NCBI GenBank assembly: GCA_963755915.1
Contig: CAVWLP010000003.1
Location: forward strand, 544,001 to 608,000
Direction: 5' to 3'
Length of the DNA stretch: 64,000 bases
DNA from: an uncultured Phycisphaerales bacterium
GTDB taxonomy: Bacteria; Planctomycetota; Phycisphaerae; Tepidisphaerales; Tepidisphaeraceae
Notes under the pieces: generated by a model
Database searches by the model: none
What the model was told of the DNA's origin: nothing
What the model saw: only the letters and a program-made list of their open reading frames with translations
Part shown: positions 62,191 through 64,000 of the stretch, piece by piece
Numbering within the stretch: position 1 is the stretch's first letter
Layout of the letters: each line of letters begins with the position of its first letter
Made by a program: the position numbers and the translations under genes

Positions 62191-62198
62191 GGGATATT

Positions 62199-63005
62199 GT
62201 GGCCCAATCCCCCTACCGCGTCGCGGCGGGACAGAAAGTGAAGCTTTCGAAATGGTCGACCGACGACACCGGCCCGTTTCGCGAAAAGGCGCATGCGAAG
62301 GAATCAACGAAGACGAACATGAAGCGGCTGATTGAATTGCAGTCGCTGTTGTATGCCTCGGCGAGCCACAGCATTTTGATCGTGCTTCAGGCGATGGATG
62401 CCGGCGGGAAAGACGGGGCGATCAGCCATGTCTTCAGCGGGGTCAATCCGCAGGGGTGCAACGTCACGAGCTTCAAAGTTCCATCGCACCTGGAGCTGTC
62501 GCACGATTATTTGTGGAGATATCACCAGGCCTGCCCCGCGAAGGGAATGATCGAGATTTTCAACCGCTCGCATTATGAGAGCGTGCTGGTGGAGCGGGTG
62601 AGGAAGATCGTTCCCAAGGACGTCTGGTCGCGGCGATATGAGCAAATCAACCGGTGGGAGCAGATGCTGATCAGCGAGAAGACGGTGATCCTTAAATTCT
62701 TCCTGCACATTTCCCGGCAGGAGCAGAAAAAACGGCTGGAAGCGCGCCTCCAGGACAAATCAAAGAACTGGAAGCTCGATGCCTCCGATATCGGCGAACG
62801 AAAGCATTGGGACGCGTACGCGGAGGCGTTTGAGGAGTTGCTCGAAAAATGCTCGTCGGAGGAAGCGCCTTGGTACATCGTGCCGGCGGATCACAAATGG
62901 TTTCGGAACTGGGTGATTTCAAGCACGATCGTGCAAACGATGCAGAAGCTCAATATGAAGTATCCGAAAGCGCCGAAGGGACTGGAAAAGATGCGGATCA
63001 AATAG
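62199..63005 (+). CDS. ppk2: Polyphosphate kinase 2 family (class III-like)
   Basis: QAMDAGGKDG, FNRSHYE, WYIVPADHKW. Confidence 0.92.
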   Translation: MAQSPYRVAAGQKVKLSKWSTDDTGPFREKAHAKESTKTNMKRLIELQSLLYASASHSILIVLQAMDAGGKDGAISHVFSGVNPQGCNVTSFKVPSHLELSHDYLWRYHQACPAKGMIEIFNRSHYESVLVERVRKIVPKDVWSRRYEQINRWEQMLISEKTVILKFFLHISRQEQKKRLEARLQDKSKNWKLDASDIGERKHWDAYAEAFEELLEKCSSEEAPWYIVPADHKWFRNWVISSTIVQTMQKLNMKYPKAPKGLEKMRIK

Positions 63006-63010
63006 CGCGA

Positions 63011-63361
63011 TCAAGCGGCGAGGGTATCCGGGGGCTGGCGGAGATGAGAGGTTTCCTCGCGGGCCGTGCGCCAGTGGGACAGATCCGCGGATGATTCATC
63101 GGCGGATGATTCTTCTGGGGATTCCTCGTCGCGGTTGATGGGCCGGAAGGTGAGGGCGGCGAATTCTTCCTTAGTGATAACGGGCTCGGAAACGGGAGGA
63201 CGCGGGGTGGAGTGGGCGAAGCCACGGCCGTGAAGGTCGACGAAGAGAAACTGGCCGTCGACGAGCGATTGGATGGATCCGTCGGCGATGCCGGCGAGGA
63301 TGTGATCCACGCTGACTCCCCAGATTTCGGCTGCGATTGACGGTGCCACCCACGCGGACAT
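63011..63361 (-). CDS. Small hypothetical protein, possible N-terminal HTH
   Basis: AGGAG RBS; MSAWVAPSIAAEIWGVSVDHILAGI. Confidence 0.6.
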   Translation of the reverse strand: MSAWVAPSIAAEIWGVSVDHILAGIADGSIQSLVDGQFLFVDLHGRGFAHSTPRPPVSEPVITKEEFAALTFRPINRDEESPEESSADESSADLSHWRTAREETSHLRQPPDTLAA

Positions 63362-63467
63362 TGGTCTGCTCTCCTGAGTTCGGTACTTGGAAGTGAATCG
63401 GTCAGATTTTTGCGGCCCTGAAGAAGAAAAAATAATGCGTCGGGGGGGCAAAAAAAGTAAAGGAGGG

Positions 63468-64000
63468 TCAGACAAACATGTAGACGTAGGCGGCGAAAGT
63501 GACCGCGGCCAAGCCGGCGCTGGCGGCCAGGGCCCAGAGCCAGCTTTTCCGCTCCAGGGCAAGGGCGAAGGTGGCGATGGTGACGCCAGCCTGAGCGGCC
63601 AGCATGCCGTAGAAGAACTTTTTGCTGCGGTCGCGGTGCCGGTCGGAAATGAAGCCGTCGTGGTGCACCACAATCTCGTAAAGCTGGGCAAGGACTTCGT
63701 TATAGCGGGCGTCCTGCATCTGGCGGTTGGATTCGAAGCGTAGCTGGGCGCTGGTGAGGGTTACGCGGAGCTGGGTCGCCAGATCGTGAACGGCGGCAAC
63801 GACCGGGTCGAGGTCTTTGATGCCGTTATCGGCCGCGATGTGGCGGGCGGAACGCTCGAACGTCCAGACCTGCTGGGAAATCTGGGTGAAGATGGAGGCG
63901 ATGGAATCGCGGTCCTTGGCCACCTGTCCGGCGGCGGTTTCGAAAGCGCTCGAGTTATCGGATGCGACGTTGACCGCCTGGTCGAGGTCTGTCTGAGAAA
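63468..64000 (-). CDS. DUF4337-like membrane protein (3' part; start off window)
   Basis: HRDRSKKFFYGMLAAQAGVTIATFALA...WLW C-terminal TM pair. Confidence 0.6.
   Translation of the reverse strand, partial: SQTDLDQAVNVASDNSSAFETAAGQVAKDRDSIASIFTQISQQVWTFERSARHIAADNGIKDLDPVVAAVHDLATQLRVTLTSAQLRFESNRQMQDARYNEVLAQLYEIVVHHDGFISDRHRDRSKKFFYGMLAAQAGVTIATFALALERKSWLWALAASAGLAAVTFAAYVYMFV

Noticed and set aside
63011-63691. 226-aa ORF overlapping the DUF4337-like gene
   Set aside because: The upstream part is an alternate frame of the neighbour; the RBS-supported start is at 63361.

Overview
GC-rich bacterial chromosomal window, most likely a planctomycete (Phycisphaerae/Tepidisphaerales-like). This is inferred from the PEP-CTERM/dockerin-like protein, the integrase type, futalosine menaquinone genes and the conserved hypotheticals. 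From left to right: (1) an alternative complex III operon (actA-B-C-D-E, partial) next to a decayed ICE-like segment (TraF peptidase, DUF2840, LysR, tyrosine integrase) anchored at tRNA-Lys(CTT); (2) a Gly-rich PEP-CTERM surface protein, tRNA-Leu(TAG), the livJHMGF ABC operon and housekeeping genes (queG, hsp20, miaA, rluD, tatA, proC, fumC); (3) a REP-associated tyrosine transposase (RAYT) flanked by its own palindromic repeat, with further dispersed copies, plus at least two other short repeat families, one of them inserted in-frame in livF; (4) TetR-EmrAB efflux genes and a menG-ubiX-ubiA-mqnE cluster; (5) an accessory stretch after mqnE containing an orphan three-domain ubiquitin-like protein, TerC and a PGPGW protein bracketed by a diverged duplicate of the mqnE 3' end, then a GATATC array, an internally deleted putative defence nuclease and an intact IS4-family element with TIRs and a 9-bp target duplication; (6) SDR, ribE, ygfZ, ppk2. 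Many conserved genes carry single-base frameshifts, which suggests uncorrected long-read indels, so apparent pseudogenes and fusions need caution. All calls come from reading the sequence; no database searches were run.
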